NCBI GenBank assembly: GCA_040220235.1
Contig: JAVJTO010000045.1
Source of the DNA: Coleofasciculus sp. B1-GNL1-01
Lineage (GTDB): Bacteria > Cyanobacteriota > Cyanobacteriia > Cyanobacteriales > Coleofasciculaceae
Direction: 5' to 3' (one strand)
Length of the DNA: 20,116 bases
The translations under genes and the position numbers were made by a program. Each line of letters begins with the position of its first letter. Position 1 is the first letter of the stretch. The notes under the pieces were generated by a model. It saw only the letters and a program-made list of their open reading frames with translations. It was not told the DNA's origin and did no database searches. Shown here piece by piece: positions 6,548 to 15,855 of this stretch.

Positions 6548-9094
6548 ATTAAAGTCGGCGACTCCCTCACGAGAGCCGCCGCTCTCCAAAACCGTGCTTG
6601 ACACTTTCGCGTCACACGGCTCCTCAGTAATACGGTGTTTGTCATACATACCTCGTTACCAGCATGTCGTCAATCCAGAACCATTCTGTGTTGACTGGCG
6701 GCTTAGGCTCGACTCTATTGCAGCCGGATTTTGCGCCATAACTGCCATCTAAGGCAGTCTTTGTATCGTGGCAGTGTCGATGGAGAAGTTGCCAGTTCTT
6801 ATATTCATCCCTTCCACCTTTTGATTTGGGGATGATATGGTCTAGTTCAATTACATCTCCATCTTTAAAATAGAGTTCACAGTGGGTACATTTCCCTTTT
6901 TGCTGTTTGAGCAGCGATGCTGTTCGCTTGGGCATCTCAGGATTTTTCCCCATTCTTGTACTCCAGTAAACCAGGTTACCGTCGTATGGTGACGCATCGC
7001 CTTTAACTTTTACATAGTCTTGTATTTTAGTGGCACTATGCTTAAGTAACCGGATGGGATTTTTCCCTTCCCTGGTTGCGAAGACCCAGTTATCACCGCC
7101 AATTGTTTTCCAATATCTCTTGGCTAGCCACTTATTGCCTTTATTTCTATGACGGTGTTTTGCCCATGATTCAAGTAAGGCGTAAACTCGGTCATCCATT
7201 TTAGAGAATGCCTTCTTGCTATTAACCCTTGAGTAGTAATTCGTCCATCCTCGAATGATAGGATTGAGTCTTTCTATCAGCCTCTTTTGTGAGGTTCCTT
7301 TATGGGTTTTTACTACTTCCTTTATGTTTTGGTAATGCTTCTTACACTTTTCTCTACTTGGGGTGATGATGGACTTAAAACCTAGCGGTATTCCTTTAGA
7401 GTTTTTTCCGGTTGTGTATTTTCCTACCGGAAACTGTTGAATATGGAATCCTAGGAAATCAAATCCTGGTTTTTGTTTCTCATATTCATAGAGAGTATGT
7501 ACTAATCTGGTTTTACTAGGTTTCAATTCCAAGCCTATGTCTTTTAACCATTCAGAGATTATCTCCCGGCATCCTTGGACAACAGTTAAGTCTTTGTGGA
7601 GGATTACAAAGTCATCGGCATAGCGTATTATTGAGACTGAATTACGTTTATCCCGTTTGGGAAGTTGATATCTTCCATCTGACCTTTTTAGGTCACAGGT
7701 TGCCGCGTAGTCTTTTATCCGCCATTCCATCCCGTGGAGGGCTATGTTTGCTAGTAACGGAGAAATGACCCCGCCCTGTGGCGTTCCCTCGGATGTCTCG
7801 AAGTGCTGCATATTATCCATCACCCCCGCTTTTAACCAAGCTCGGATTTGTCGGCGTATGGTGGGGGTTGTATTTAGTTTTTTGAGCAGTGCTTCATGGT
7901 CGATACGGTCAAAACATTTGGCTATATCAGCATCCAGCACATATTTGGCTTTATATCTGATTGCGCCGAATATTGCTTTAATCGCATCTTGAGTTGACCT
8001 TCCTGGTCTGAACCCGTATGAGTTAGGTTCAAAATGCGCTTCCCATTCTGGCTCTAATGCCATTTTGACTAGCGCCTGCAATGCGCGGTCTTTCATGGTA
8101 GGTATTCCTAGAGGTCTTTTCTCCTCCGTTCCAGGTTTGGGTATCCATACTCTCCTGGTTGGTTTGACCTTAGTCCCCAATTTTAAGTTGTTTACCAGGG
8201 TTAGACGTTGAAGAGGGGTCAACGATTTTACGCCATCCACACCTGCCGTCTTTTTACCTTGGTTGTCTTGGGAAACCTTACGCACCGCTAGACATTTTGC
8301 CGCCCAGGAATTCATCAGTAACTTTTGGAGGGAGCGAACTAATTTGACATCTCCACGACTAGAGGCTTGATAAATCCGTTTTTGTAGCTTGAACACATTT
8401 TTCTCTAGCTTGCGCCAGGGAATCTGGTTCCATTCATACATCGGTGTTTCCGTGTTCATGACTTATTTACTACTACTTTTGGCTTTATCTTCCGTATTAC
8501 CGTGAGTCCGTCAGCATATCCTTGGAGTTACTCAAGGCATTCGCTTCTGACTCAATCTCTCCGACCCGTAGCATCCAGTTAGCACCTACTCTAAGAATCG
8601 ACCCTCCTAGAGAGCATACGGGTGGTTACTTCGTTCCTAATAACCATTGGTTGTACCTTTGAGAACGATGCTCTCCACCAGGTTTTAGGGAAACGCTTAT
8701 CAGATAGTGCGGACCCTTCTGACTCCCTGACCTTGCCCTTTTGGGACTCCCAGCGTATCAGACCTTATTTCGCTGGTTCGCCCTTTTGATGGGTAAACAC
8801 ATCTTCACTTACGTTATTCATGGGTACTTGCTCAACGGTTGTCGGGTAAGGCTCCCTACAGTGCCGTCTTTCATCCCTGCTTTACGGATTGATGGCTAGT
8901 CGCTACCGTAAGGGAAGTGCTTTCACTCCTGCGCTTGGAGGGTGGGATTTGGGGGTTCTAGGATACTCACCCTCACCCACATGGTTATTAAGTTGTCATC
9001 TGTAAGGGATTTAAGTGCGAACTCAACCTTAATCGATTACCCTACAGAAGCCTGGAATCCTCCCATTACTGGGTTTCTCCAGAACGAATCGCAC
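6548..9094 (-). mobile_element. Complete group II intron (IIB, probably chloroplast-like class), about 2.55 kb
   Basis: 5' end GTGCGATTCG at 9094. Domain V GAGCCGTGTGACGCGAAAGTGTCAAGCACGGTTT (~6588-6622), domain VI ending ACTTTAAT at 6548. EBS1 TCCGCA (8708-8713) in a stem-loop is complementary to IBS1 TGCGGA (9095-9100). Splicing restores the exon frame. Confidence 0.93.
6642..8459 (-). CDS. ltrA: Group II intron reverse transcriptase/maturase with HNH endonuclease
   Basis: 605 aa. RT0 (GKKTAGVDG), RPLGIPT, SYGFRPGRS, GTPQGGVISPLLANIAL, RYADDF, X domain (LNPIIRGWTNYY), HNH (CTHC..DHIIPKSKGG..N..LLHRHCH). Confidence 0.97.
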   Translation of the reverse strand: MNTETPMYEWNQIPWRKLEKNVFKLQKRIYQASSRGDVKLVRSLQKLLMNSWAAKCLAVRKVSQDNQGKKTAGVDGVKSLTPLQRLTLVNNLKLGTKVKPTRRVWIPKPGTEEKRPLGIPTMKDRALQALVKMALEPEWEAHFEPNSYGFRPGRSTQDAIKAIFGAIRYKAKYVLDADIAKCFDRIDHEALLKKLNTTPTIRRQIRAWLKAGVMDNMQHFETSEGTPQGGVISPLLANIALHGMEWRIKDYAATCDLKRSDGRYQLPKRDKRNSVSIIRYADDFVILHKDLTVVQGCREIISEWLKDIGLELKPSKTRLVHTLYEYEKQKPGFDFLGFHIQQFPVGKYTTGKNSKGIPLGFKSIITPSREKCKKHYQNIKEVVKTHKGTSQKRLIERLNPIIRGWTNYYSRVNSKKAFSKMDDRVYALLESWAKHRHRNKGNKWLAKRYWKTIGGDNWVFATREGKNPIRLLKHSATKIQDYVKVKGDASPYDGNLVYWSTRMGKNPEMPKRTASLLKQQKGKCTHCELYFKDGDVIELDHIIPKSKGGRDEYKNWQLLHRHCHDTKTALDGSYGAKSGCNRVEPKPPVNTEWFWIDDMLVTRYV

Positions 9095-9257
9095 TCCGCA
9101 TGGTCGAAATGTCCACACTCGGTACAGATAAACCGTTCTCTATCCCGGTTGGCTTTATCGATATGACCACAGGCACTGCACTCTCTGGACGTGTCCCGTG
9201 GGTTCACCTTGAACAAGACCTTTCCTGACTTTGCAGCCACGTACTGAATCTTTTCAA
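9095..9257 (-). pseudogene. tnpB: 5' exon of the tnpB remnant (zinc-finger region only; upstream part lost)
   Basis: EKIQYVAAKSGKVLFKVNPRDTSRECSACGHIDKANRDRERFICTECGHFDHA: the TnpB V-P--TS--C--CG..F-C--CG signature, cut at the IS left end. Confidence 0.85.
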
Positions 9258-9355
9258 CGCATCGCGGGAGTCCCCACCCTCAATGAAATAGGGTGGGGAG
9301 GGATAGCGGATTGCCGGAGGAACGGAGGCAATCAACCCTTCGACTTGCGAGAGGG

Positions 9356-9590
9356 TTAATCTTGAGGTGTTTCTTGGGATTTGATGTAAGCCTTAACTCT
9401 TTCAATGGGAGCGCCACCAGTGGAAGCAACATAGTAAGAGCCTGACCAAAATGCTGACTTAGTATAAGTCTTTGACAGTTCCACAGCAAAGTCTTTTCTG
9501 ATAATTCGACGCTTAGGCAGACTTTAGGCTACCAATCAGAGATGATAAATTGTTGTCTGGATGAAAGTCTACCAATAGATGTACATGACC
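9356..9590 (-). pseudogene. tnpA: Y1 (HUH) transposase remnant, N-terminally deleted and frameshifted
   Basis: GHVHLLVDFHPDNNLSSLIGSLKSA, then stop/frameshift near 9510, then RIIRKDF..FWSGSYYVASTGGAPIERVKAYIKSQ. Confidence 0.88.
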
Positions 9591-9631
9591 ACCTGAGTGT
9601 GTTAGATTGATTTTAACAGGAGGAAGCGGCA

Positions 9632-10837
9632 ATGCCAACAAGACGTGTAACTTTTCGGCTATACCCCAATAGAAAGCAATCTTCAGCATTGCGGTATCAC
9701 CGTAAGTTGCACAAGGACTTGTACAACGCTGCTGTTTGTAATCGGTTCACTCAGTACCAAAAGTTTAACCATCGGGTTAACTATTTTGAACAACAAAACT
9801 CTTTGCCGGCTTTTAAGGAAGTTTGGACAGAATACAAAGAGTGCAACTGTATGACTCTACAAGCCACATTAAAACGTGTTGATTACGCATTTAATCGCTG
9901 GTTTAAGGGGTTAGCTAAACGTCCTAAATACAAGTCAATAAAACATTATTCTGGCTGGACGTATCCGAGTAAAACGGGTTGGAAAGTACACACAACGGGC
10001 GACAATGGCTATCTAGAGTTGGCTAAAATTGGCTCAATTCAGATGCGCGGTAAAGCCCGGAATTGGGGAACTCCGACAACTTGTACTATCGTTTACCGCA
10101 ATAGAAAATGGTATGCCAGTATAACCGTTAACCTAACTGAGTTGCAGGCAGCAACAAGACCAACAGATTTTGGCTCAGTTGGCATTGACTTTGGGTGCAA
10201 GTCAGCATTAGCCATAACCGATGGAGAAAATCACTCTTTTATCGAGGCTCCTAAGTTTTTGCGAAAAGCTGAAGCTAAGATTAAACATCTATCCAAGGGA
10301 AAGCGTCGTAAGAAAGCGCCCAATAGAAAGAAGAAACAGAAAGGCTCTAGTCGGTGGAAAAAGACCCAAGCAAAAATTAGCAAAGTAACTCGCAAGGTAG
10401 CTAATCAACGCCAAAACTGGGTACACCAAGTAGCAACAGATATTGTACGCTGTAATAGCTTCGTTGCTACAGAAAAACTAGAAGTCTCTAAGATGACCCG
10501 CCAAGCTAAAAAAGGTAAGCGCAAAAAGCAAAAAGCTGGACTAAACAAATCCATCTTAGATGTGGGAATGGGAATGCTAAGGTCAGCAATTGAATACAAG
10601 GTAAAAGACGTTGGTGGGGTTTTTGTCGAGGTTCCTACTCGCAAAGTGAAACCATCTCAGACTTGTCCTAACTGTGGAAATCAGCAGAAAAAGACCTTAG
10701 ACGAAAGAGTTCATCATTGCCATAAATGCGGATTTACCATAGACAGGGATTTAGCCGCTGCCTTAGTAATGCTTTTGTGGGCGTTAGGAATTCTACCGGG
10801 GTTTGGAACGAGCCTCGTAGACGAGTCAAGTCTCTAG
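9632..10837 (+). CDS. tnpB: RNA-guided endonuclease TnpB
   Basis: 401 aa. FRLYPN N-terminus, RuvC-I GIDFG, RuvC-II ATEKL, CPNCG/CHKCG zinc finger, RuvC-III DRDLAAA; AGGAGG RBS at 9618-9623. Confidence 0.95.
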   Translation: MPTRRVTFRLYPNRKQSSALRYHRKLHKDLYNAAVCNRFTQYQKFNHRVNYFEQQNSLPAFKEVWTEYKECNCMTLQATLKRVDYAFNRWFKGLAKRPKYKSIKHYSGWTYPSKTGWKVHTTGDNGYLELAKIGSIQMRGKARNWGTPTTCTIVYRNRKWYASITVNLTELQAATRPTDFGSVGIDFGCKSALAITDGENHSFIEAPKFLRKAEAKIKHLSKGKRRKKAPNRKKKQKGSSRWKKTQAKISKVTRKVANQRQNWVHQVATDIVRCNSFVATEKLEVSKMTRQAKKGKRKKQKAGLNKSILDVGMGMLRSAIEYKVKDVGGVFVEVPTRKVKPSQTCPNCGNQQKKTLDERVHHCHKCGFTIDRDLAAALVMLLWALGILPGFGTSLVDESSL

Positions 10838-10990
10838 CTCTACTTCAGAAACCCGTGAGCGTAAACAGACGGGAAGCATGAAGCAACTAGGACAGATGAA
10901 GCGTCAGAAACATAGCCCTACTGGTCTGGTTGTAGAAACCCAGACCTCAACGAAGTAGGGCTGGGTAGTTCATCAACATCTTCATCCCAA
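10790..10990 (+). ncRNA. Predicted TnpB omega/reRNA: scaffold to 10973, guide from 10974
   Basis: Inferred from the known architecture, in which the reRNA overlaps the tnpB 3' end and right end and the guide comes from the flank. The 5' boundary is approximate. Confidence 0.55.
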
Positions 10991-11175
10991 CATCCCTGAC
11001 AGGTGGGAATATCGAGAGAGCGAATTTGTTCGACTACAGCATTGGGATGGGGTCCATAACCCACTAAGTCGCCAACACAAACGATTTTGTCAGCGTTTTG
11101 GCGATCAATATCTAATAAAACGGCATCTAAGGCTGGGTAGTTTCCGTGAATGCAGGAGATAACAGCAAGTTTCAT
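10974..11175 (-). pseudogene. Truncated metallophosphoesterase (first 67 codons), cut by the IS right end
   Basis: 63/67 aa identical to the N-terminus of 18287..19096; ATGA overlap with the upstream gene. Confidence 0.9.
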
Positions 11176-11783
11176 GCTTTTTCTTCGTCTGGGTCTAACG
11201 ATTCTTTGATTTGTTGTTGGTAATGATGAACAGCTACATCCGATAAACAGCAATCTTTCAGTGTTTGGGCGATCGCGCTCTTATCCAACGCCACACCCAC
11301 CACTTCAATCCCACTGAAGCGCTGGGGACGACCTTCAAGCCAACGCGGAAGCGCTAACTCGGTGTAGGTACTATTTATCCCCGCGACAAAATCAAAATAA
11401 AAGGCGCGTCCATCGGCTAGGTCAAAAATTCCCTTGGCTCGATTCACATTGCCATAGGCTCCCTGGGTTAACTCCGCCCAAAAGACATCCAGACTAGCTG
11501 GATCAAGCACTTGACCGCTAATCGGCGCACGCCAAAGCTCAGGATTTCCCTCTGGGGTGGCAATTGTCACCCCTGGCACGACTTGGTCTGCCCAAACGTG
11601 CCATCCGGTATCCTGAACATTGGGTGGCATCACGGCAACGCGACGATAGCTGAGGTGATCTAATACGGACAACACTGGCTCGAGGGACTCTAAATCTAGA
11701 TGAAATCCCAATTCTATATAGGCAAGACACTCCAGCCGAGCTAAGTCTAATGGCAAAAACCGTATTTTGTTCAGGACTTTCAC
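11172..11783 (-). pseudogene. CobW_C/COG0523-related protein, N-terminal (P-loop) part missing
   Basis: GAYGNVNRAKGIFDLADG, GIEVVGVALDKSAIAQTLKDCCL (CobW_C-like). No GxxGxGKT; sequence upstream of AYIELG looks unrelated. Confidence 0.65.
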
Positions 11784-11956
11784 GAGTTATGGTTCCCGTT
11801 GGGCTAAAGACTGACGGGAACGTCACTTGGGTTCCGTCTCCTGCTAAAACATCGGTAACGGCGAAGCGGCGCAAATATTTTCGCCAAATCTGACCCAAAT
11901 CAGGCATTTCTGTATCAATCCTCAGTAAAGTGAGTATTTTAAGGGCGGAATGTGAG

Positions 11957-13447
11957 CTATAAATCAGTGAGCAGCCTTGCCTTTCTGAGAATAAAGGTAA
12001 GAACTGTCTCTTCTCTAGAAATGATGTCAGCTCTACCTTCCATGCCGGATTGGATGGTACATTGGCGTTCACCAGCAATTAGAGATAGGGTTTCTGGCTG
12101 AATCGTCACTTCGTAGATGCCAGCAACAGCACTAGCACCACTGCCTGGAGATGCACTGACACCATTACCTTGAGGTGCGATCGCGTCTGGAGAAATGGTG
12201 CTAACTGTACCTGGAAGCGTGCCGTAGTCGGGGTAGGGGCAGGCAGAGACTCGCATTTGCACCCGTTGATCTGTTTCCACTTTGCCGATATCTTGAGAGG
12301 GTACGGAGGTTTTGATCACTAACGGCGCTTCACTGGGGGCAATTTGGGCGATCGCTTCTCCCGAATTGACCACTTGTCCGGTGTTGCGGAGATTGAGTTG
12401 CTGGATAATGCCAGATGCCGAAGCGCGAATCACAGTACCAGTCAGTTCGGTTTCAATTTGTTGGAGTTCTTGTGTATCCCGGTTGAGTTGGTTCTGAATT
12501 TCAACCCGACGTTGGATGAGCTGCTCTCGTTCTTGGTTTAATCGGGATAGGCTGGCTTCCCCAGTAGCCCGTTCTTGGGCGATTTTCTCCTTAGCGATTG
12601 CTACACCTGCATCACTGGGATTGAGGGTAGCTAATGCCCCTTGACGTCTAGCTTGGGCAGCATCGACGGCTGATGAAAGCCGTTGGATGTCTTGTTTTTG
12701 CGCCTCGACGGTAGCTTTTTGCGCCTCTAGAGCTTGTTCTTGTTGTTCAACGGCAAGTTGGGCTTCTTGGAATTGATCCTGAGAAAGAGCGCCAGTTTCG
12801 GCAATGGGTTTATAGCGATTGCGCCTTGCTATGGCTGCATTTAATGCGGCTTCGGTTGATTTTAAGTTGGCTTCGGCTGATTTAAGAAGAGCCTGAGTTC
12901 GTTGTAATTCCTCTTGAGCTTGTTTTAAATTAGCTTCGGCTTCTTGAACTTGGCTTTGAGTGGTAATTTTTCTATCTCGATAGTCCCGTTGAGTACGGCT
13001 GAGTTCAGCTTGCGCGGAGGTAATGGTGCGGTTGGTGCGATCGCGTTCTGCGGTAATCTGTCTATCGAGAGCGATAATCTGGGCGTCAATTTGAGCCAGT
13101 TGTTGTTGATTTTGTTTAATATTACTTTGCAGTTGGCTTTTTTGGGTTTGCAGGCGGGAATCGTCTATAGTGGCAATAATATCCCCTTGGTTGACGGGTT
13201 GATTTTCGTTCACTTCAATGCGTTCGACGGTTCCCTCTGTTGCTGTTTGCACGAGACGCAGTTCACCAGCAGGACGAATGGTAGCCGGGGCTTTAACCGT
13301 AATTTTGTACTCTGTCAAAGCGGCGAGAGCAATAGCTACGCCAAATGTCCCAACTAAAAACAGTCCACCTAAGGTTGTCCAACGACTGATTGGGGGTAGG
13401 AATTCGTCGCTTTTGACAAGCGGTAAAGATGTTTCGTTAATGTTCAT
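11957..13447 (-). CDS. HlyD-family membrane fusion protein of a type I secretion/peptide exporter
   Basis: Single N-terminal TM segment, lipoyl-like halves (GTVERIEVNENQPVNQGD; IRASASGIIQQL), long Gln/Ala coiled coil, YPDYGTLPGTVSTISPD, IQSGMEGRADI. Likely ATG at 13447 (ORF extends to 13507). Confidence 0.92.
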   Translation of the reverse strand: MNINETSLPLVKSDEFLPPISRWTTLGGLFLVGTFGVAIALAALTEYKITVKAPATIRPAGELRLVQTATEGTVERIEVNENQPVNQGDIIATIDDSRLQTQKSQLQSNIKQNQQQLAQIDAQIIALDRQITAERDRTNRTITSAQAELSRTQRDYRDRKITTQSQVQEAEANLKQAQEELQRTQALLKSAEANLKSTEAALNAAIARRNRYKPIAETGALSQDQFQEAQLAVEQQEQALEAQKATVEAQKQDIQRLSSAVDAAQARRQGALATLNPSDAGVAIAKEKIAQERATGEASLSRLNQEREQLIQRRVEIQNQLNRDTQELQQIETELTGTVIRASASGIIQQLNLRNTGQVVNSGEAIAQIAPSEAPLVIKTSVPSQDIGKVETDQRVQMRVSACPYPDYGTLPGTVSTISPDAIAPQGNGVSASPGSGASAVAGIYEVTIQPETLSLIAGERQCTIQSGMEGRADIISREETVLTFILRKARLLTDL

Positions 13448-13492
13448 TTTTTTTGCTATGGCGCTACGTGAAGGAATAGGGAATAGGAAAAT

Positions 13493-13520
13493 GTAGAGAC
13501 GTAGCATGCTACGTTTCTAC
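13493..13520. repeat. GTAG-type REP-like palindrome
   Basis: GTAGAGACGTAGCATGCTACGTTTCTAC, same family as 1537-1560. Confidence 0.7.
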
Positions 13521-13615
13521 TATAATTGGAAACAAAGTCAATCATTAATTGATTCTCAACGTTTATTTTTAATCTTAATTTACACTCCATCCCAGTTCCC
13601 CATCTCCCTTTTATA

Positions 13616-15787
13616 TTAAACTGAATAATTCATGATCTCCAAACTATTTCCGGGTTGAGACAATAAATCTGACTGAATGCCTTGAAACTTAGCCTGACCA
13701 TTTTCTAACAAAATAATCCAATCTGCTCGCTGAATTACTCTAGGGCGATGGCTAATCAGAATCGTTGTTTTTCCTTGGCGATGGAACAGTAAATTATCTA
13801 ATACTTGGGTTTCATTTACAGGATCGAGAGCTGATGTCGATTCATCTAAAATTAAAATAGGTGGATCAGTAATAATTCCTCTCGCTATCGCCAAGCGTTG
13901 CTTTTGTCCACCTGACAGATTAGCACCAAATTCACCGAGGACTGTTTGATATTTATCGGGTAATTTACTGATAAATTCATCAGCTTTAGCAATCTGACAG
14001 GCTTTAACAATATTCTCAAAAGTTGCATCGGGTGCAGCTAACCGCAAGTTATCAATAATGGTACGACTCCAAAAATGAGCATCTTGGGACACTAAAACAA
14101 CCTGTTTTCGCAGGCAGTCTAGAGAGAGGTCGTCTTGGTTATAAATGCTATAGCGGATATTACCGGATTGGGGCTTGTATAACCCGGACATCAGTTTTGC
14201 CAAAGTGCTTTTCCCACAACCGGATTCACCAATAATGGCAATGACTTTCCCACCTGAAATTGTGAGAGAGAAGTCTTTCAGTAAGTCCACTCGACCAGGA
14301 TGGTGAAAATTGAGAGTTGTACAAGTAATCTCTGTATTATCCGGAAGGGTTGCCCAGGCTTTTTGACGATCATCTTGAACTTCTGGAGTCGCATCAATCA
14401 CTTCAGTAAGTCGTTGAGTCGCGAGTTGAGCGCGGATGAAGGGATTGATAAAGCTCAAGATGTTAATGATTAAGGTAAAGAAATTTGCACTGAGGCTATT
14501 AAACGCTAACAATTGCCCGATACTTAATCCTTGACGAATAACCAGTGTACTACCAAACCAGAGTAATAGAATACTACCATTTCTGTAGAGAAAACCGGAT
14601 AAGGTCGTGCTAACAATTGCCATTTGCATTGCTCGGAAGCTCAGGTAGGCTTGTTCCCCATAGCGCCGCTGAAATTCTTCCCAAAAAGACGGAGCAGAGT
14701 TGGTGCTTTTGAGGGCGATCGCCCCTTTAAAGGTTTCGACTAAAATTCCTTGATTTTCAGAGGATAAAACCAACAACCGACGCATTTTATTGCGAATGAG
14801 TGGGAACAACACCAGAGTCGAAAAAATCATCAAGCCAGCAACTCCCAAAGAAACAAGGGTGAGTACCCCACTGTAGAAAATCATAAACCCTAGAGAAAAG
14901 GCGGCAATGAAAATTTGACTGGGTAAGGTGATACCCACCTGAGAAATCAACATATTTATATCTTGAATATCCCGCAAGCGGCTACTAATTTCCCCACTGC
15001 GTCGGGATTCGTAGTAGGAGAGGGGTAAACTTAGAATTGCTCTACCAAATTCTAGGATTAAATCTAACTCTAGGCGTTGGGCAAAGTGAGCAATTAGGTT
15101 AGATTGCAAGAATCTTAGCCCCATAGCCATTAAGTTCATCACGAATACAGCGATCGCAATCCCCGTTAATAAGTCCGTATCCCGTCGGATTAGTACCTCA
15201 TCGGTGAGAATTTGGATAAAAAAGGGAGACGTTAGGGATAGCAAACCAATGACTAGGTTCAGCAGCAACGCTTCAGTCAGAAGGGGGCGATAGTTCCAGA
15301 TTCGTCCCACCAACCGCCACAAACTGCTAACCTTATTTCGATCGTCTGGAACTTGGTAAAATTCAGGACGTGGTTCGAGTAACAGCATGGCGTTATTACT
15401 CCAGCCTGAAACCAGTTCTTCTCTAGATAGGGTGCGAATTCCCGCTGCTGGATCAGCAATAATATACTTTCTGCCTCGTCGCCCATACAAAATGACCCAG
15501 TGATTACCCTTCCAGTGAATGATTCCAGGTAGAGGCAGGCTATTTTTATCAACTAATTCTAAGGGAACTTTCACGCCGCGTGCATTGAAGCCAAGTACTT
15601 TTGCTCCTTGCTTAAGGTTAAGCATCGTTGTGCCAAGTTGACCGGTTCCCGTCGCTTCACGAGTGCGAGTAATACTAAAAATTTGCCCATAATGTTTGGC
15701 AACGGATGCCAAACAAGCTGCGCCGCAGTCTTCTATACTATGCTGTCGAACAATAACTGGAGATTTCATAGACGTTTTACAAGTCAT
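13616..15787 (-). CDS. Peptidase C39 domain-containing ABC transporter (PCAT, bacteriocin/RiPP exporter type)
   Basis: Q-x5-C (RQHSIEDCGAACL) and HWVIL catalytic motifs, TM domain, Walker A GESGCGKST, LSGGQKQR, ILDE, H-loop ISH. Alternative start at 15769. Confidence 0.95.
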   Translation of the reverse strand: MTCKTSMKSPVIVRQHSIEDCGAACLASVAKHYGQIFSITRTREATGTGQLGTTMLNLKQGAKVLGFNARGVKVPLELVDKNSLPLPGIIHWKGNHWVILYGRRGRKYIIADPAAGIRTLSREELVSGWSNNAMLLLEPRPEFYQVPDDRNKVSSLWRLVGRIWNYRPLLTEALLLNLVIGLLSLTSPFFIQILTDEVLIRRDTDLLTGIAIAVFVMNLMAMGLRFLQSNLIAHFAQRLELDLILEFGRAILSLPLSYYESRRSGEISSRLRDIQDINMLISQVGITLPSQIFIAAFSLGFMIFYSGVLTLVSLGVAGLMIFSTLVLFPLIRNKMRRLLVLSSENQGILVETFKGAIALKSTNSAPSFWEEFQRRYGEQAYLSFRAMQMAIVSTTLSGFLYRNGSILLLWFGSTLVIRQGLSIGQLLAFNSLSANFFTLIINILSFINPFIRAQLATQRLTEVIDATPEVQDDRQKAWATLPDNTEITCTTLNFHHPGRVDLLKDFSLTISGGKVIAIIGESGCGKSTLAKLMSGLYKPQSGNIRYSIYNQDDLSLDCLRKQVVLVSQDAHFWSRTIIDNLRLAAPDATFENIVKACQIAKADEFISKLPDKYQTVLGEFGANLSGGQKQRLAIARGIITDPPILILDESTSALDPVNETQVLDNLLFHRQGKTTILISHRPRVIQRADWIILLENGQAKFQGIQSDLLSQPGNSLEIMNYSV

Positions 15788-15855
15788 TGAATGAAAAATT
15801 TTATGGCATTATCCCTAGATAGAATCAGGTGAAGCGATCGCCCTAGAAACAAAAA

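Larger units (their letters stand above)
9258..10973 (+). mobile_element. IS200/IS605-family element (non-autonomous: tnpA broken, tnpB intact)
   Basis: Left hairpin CCCCACCCT/AGGGTGGGG (9272-9298) preceded by GAGT, with TCAA at 9254-9257. Right hairpin CCCAGACCT..AGGGCTGGG preceded by GAAA (10935-10938), ending GTAGTTCAT at 10973, where homology to the phosphoesterase gene begins. Divergent tnpA/tnpB; no HIP1 sites. Confidence 0.88.

Noticed and set aside
6304..6645. 113-aa ORF as a standalone gene
   Set aside because: It is a chimera of intron domains V/VI and the tnpB 3' exon.
6642..8459. RT as a retron, DGR or defence RT
   Set aside because: It has RT0, X and HNH domains and sits inside a full group II ribozyme with domains V/VI and a GTGCG start.
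8883..8888. TCCGTA as alternative EBS1
   Set aside because: 8708-8713 is a perfect match and lies in a clear stem-loop just downstream of the EBS2-like loop.
9037..9240. 67-aa zinc-finger ORF as a standalone gene
   Set aside because: It is the tnpB 5' exon reading into the intron.
9280..9489. 69-aa minus-strand ORF
   Set aside because: Off-frame reading of the tnpA remnant and IS left end.
9632..10973. TnpB as Cas12f/CRISPR effector or nuclease-dead TldR
   Set aside because: No repeat-spacer array or cas genes; IS ends and a tnpA remnant are present; all three RuvC acidic residues are retained.
10918..11253. 111-aa ORF as a complete protein
   Set aside because: The real start is 11175 by paralogy, and residues after WDEDV come from the IS right end.
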